Both the position numbers and the translations under genes were made by a program. A DNA stretch of 64,000 nucleotides from Adineta vaga (lineage: Eukaryota > Animalia > Rotifera). The notes beneath the pieces are model-generated. The model saw only the letters and a list, made by a program, of their open reading frames with translations, was not told the DNA's origin and did no database searches. Within the stretch, counting starts at the first letter, position 1. Every line of letters starts with the position of its first letter. The DNA is taken from positions 15,500,001 to 15,564,000 of the forward strand of contig CP075492.1 of the NCBI GenBank assembly GCA_021613535.1, read 5' to 3'. Positions 60,988-64,000 of the stretch are shown here, piece by piece.

Positions 60988-63900
60988 CTAAACGTTTTTA
61001 ATATATTGTTGAAGAAAATAATTATAATTGATTGTTCCATCTAGTTTTGTATCCATTTGTGATGCCAATACATAAAGTTCTTCATCGTTTAAAGAACATT
61101 GATATTGATTAAGAACTTCTTTAAAAGTTTTCAAGGGCACAGATCCACAATTTGTTTTATCTTGTTGTTTAAATGATCGCCGTAATGGTTTATACGAATC
61201 CGATAACTGCAAATATATTTATTATGAGAATTGATCAGAATAAAAGAATTTATTACTTTTCTTCGAAGTTTAATGCAAACTTGACTGAAAACCATTCGTT
61301 CAGATGCTCCTGTTCGCGGTGTTTCTTCATCAATGGCTTGTAACGGATTTTTACTTGATTCATCAACAAGACTTGTTGATTCCGATAATGGTGCATAACA
61401 TTTCAAAAATCGTATATAATTCATCCTTAAGATTCGATTAATAAGAGATCAAGAAGAATCAGAATAATTAGTTTACCTTGGATCATGTTGTGTTTGTAAT
61501 TTCGATTTAATTAAATACAGATCTTCTTGATTAATCGCTTGACACAACTCAGTTAAAACATCATCAAATTCTTCTGGTTGAACATAACCAGTTCTATATG
61601 GATCTAATTCAGCAAATTCTCTTCTTAAACGATCCCAATTTGTTCGAATAACATTTCTTGCATGTGAATGAACAAGAATATTTTCTCCATAAAGTTTATT
61701 TGATGTCAAAATAAAATCTGCATCACCACGTTTCGGTGGATGTTGTCGGGCATTGGGATAATGTGCTGATTGTTTTGAATAACCAAATTCTCGTAAAAAT
61801 TGATAGAAATCTAAAGTTCCATCACGTTTCAAATGGCAACGTGCCCAAATTAAATCGACTTCATCACGTGTTATTTCCGGTTCAAGATAAAGTCTAAAGA
61901 TGGGGTGAAATGTTTTTTAATGAAGAGAAGAAATAAAGATAACAAACCGTCGAAATAAATTGTAAAGAAGATCGGGTGTTAATTCACCGTAAGATCCACG
62001 ATCAATTTTACGAAATTCCTCTTCAATATCTTTCGAACGATTACGAATTAATGTTTTCAAAACTTCACAAAGCTAAAAGAATGAATTTTGAAAAAAAAAA
62101 AGATAGTTTAGAAAGAAAACTTACTTCATCAATCGATCTTGTTCTTTCTCGTTCAGTGAAAATATTCGATTTTTCTCGTTGAGTTAATTCTTTTGGATTC
62201 AATTTTTCTCGAACATTTGTTGAAACCATAAATTCATATTTAGGATTTCTAAAAATTCAATTTCTATTTAATCAAAGATAAAAATATACAAATACTTTGA
62301 TTGACGTTGTTTTCCTTCTTGTAAATGTGATGCTCTTTCCAAGATTTGTTTCAAATAATCTCGATATTTAACGCGTCCATATTCATCTATCGGAATCTTT
62401 TTTAATAATTGATGATATTCATCAGGTTTCAATGTATATTCAATCAAATCTTCGATAATTGATCGTACAGTATTCACAGTAACAAATCCACTTAGGCAAC
62501 TATCAGCACGAATCAATAGATCTTCAACTCGTTCATAATTCATCGCAAGAGTCGTATCAATTTGTCGTTCTAATGCTGCTTGACGAGTTTCATCAATCAG
62601 ACTAAAAGATAAAGAGATGGGAAGATTTTATATCTCTATTCAAATCGAAAAACAAAATACATTGGATTATCCGCATTAATTCGTTTCTTTGTTGGGTCAG
62701 TTTTTTGTTTGAATGTATTGATTACTTCTTGATATGGTATTCCATCATTAGTTAATGCTAAATCAACATTTAATCGTTTTAAAAAATATTCTAATAATGG
62801 AGTTTCCATATTTAAACCAAATCGTTTCAATTGCTCGAGAAATCGTTCACGTGGTAACTAAAATACATGAAATTTATCTATGTTTTAAAATCCAATCAAA
62901 TTCTGTTTACACTGCCGGTTTGTTTTGTATCTAAACGTTCAAGTGCATGTTCAAGTTCAGAAAAACCATGTGGAAATTTAAGATTTAACCATTGTTGTAC
63001 TTGACTTTCATCCAAAACGCCACGTGTTGCTAAAGAAAACAAGAATTCGATTGAAATAATTGAAAAAAGAGATGGAGTTTTTTTTTACAATGAAGTCGAG
63101 GTGTTTTTAATTCAGAATCACGGTGAGTTGTTTGTACATGAGGAGAGTATGGCTTTTGTACAATGGCTTCTCGATGTGATTTTGTTCCTTCTTCAATTGA
63201 TTCATTGGATAAAAGTTTTAAAAATTTGTCGGAATTAAGTGCTTTGAATTCTTCGGTATCAAATCTTTATTGAAGAGAAAAACATGAGAATTTAAATAGG
63301 AAAGATTTTCAAACCCTACTTATCCCATAATTTATCGAATTCTGAATCTTTCATTCGATAACCCATGTCTTCAAGTGCATCATGAAAGTGAACTTTAAAG
63401 ATTCGTGTCGGTGTTCCACCACCTAATGCTGGACAAAGATTCATTAAATCTTTATCTCTAGTTTTCAAAAATAAAGTTTCTTCTTTTTCAATTGAAAATA
63501 AAATTTTTACTTTGTTCGAACTTTTTCTTTTAAAATTAAAAACATTTGTGCCGCTGTTTTTTTCGATGATTTTTCTTGTCTTGATGACATTTGTCGTGAG
63601 ATCCAATTCGGGAGATCTTCATCACCATTTGATAATGCTTGAACGAATTCATCAAAACTATTTACATATGAAAAGAATACAATAAATCAATTCAATTCTT
63701 TCAAACCTTATTTTAGTGGATTGTTTAAGTTGAAGTCGTTCTAATAGTTTATCAATTTGATGGGGTGAAACTTGTTTTTGTGTTCCATAAATTGTTGCAA
63801 TCAAATGTTGTAAAGCTGGACGATCAATTTTTCCACTGGGATCATTTTGAGCAGCATGACGAAATTTGGCACGAACATCATGAAGTTGTACACGAATTTT

Positions 63901-64000
63901 TTCTCTTAGTGCAGCTTCAAGTTCATCAATAGCAAGACGAGATGTTTCGCCTTTTTTTGAAGAAGCAATAGATGATGTTGTACTTTCTGGTCGACGACCT
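60988..64000 (-). CDS. EFCAB6: EF-hand calcium-binding domain protein 6-like, multi-exon, 5' part outside the window
   Basis: Many EF-hand pairs (DPYRTGYVQPEEF, DKTNCGSV, DTKLDGTINYNYF, DTKQTGSV) and the segment HYPNARQHPPKRGDADF, which I recall from invertebrate EFCAB6. Confidence 0.75.

Overview
Eukaryotic, very AT-rich (about 70% by eye) genomic DNA with many short (about 48-75 nt) GT-AG introns. Gene content and style point to a bdelloid rotifer (Rotaria/Adineta-like); this is an inference from the lineage-type F-box/LRR genes, FG-GAP repeats, divergent 7TM receptors, macro-PARP, ART remnants and bacterial/fungal-like intronless enzymes. Apparently intact genes: a 69-aa tail-anchored micro-protein, two single-C2 paralogs, ADAT1-like deaminase, a 27-exon F-box+LRR gene invisible to the ORF track, GH13 amylase, ANK-WWE-macro-PARP, secreted aminopeptidase P, SGNH hydrolase, five full-length 7TM receptors plus a truncated copy, an EF-hand protein, a TRPM channel, a MAM-mucin, a FLILHELTA/MRX11-like protein, an orphan multi-TM protein and the 3' part of EFCAB6. 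There are also several pseudogenes, two near-identical piggyBac-type MITEs (one with its empty site visible in paralogous DNA), a 549-bp foldback element and a 45-bp minisatellite. The most striking object is the F-box gene at 8478-13639. It has 26 LRR exons, one repeat per exon, all with phase-0 junctions and homologous introns. Its ligand-facing residues are hypervariable and the exons show a 6-exon higher-order module. This is a candidate exon-shuffling/exon-skipping system for diversifying an intracellular SCF recognition receptor.
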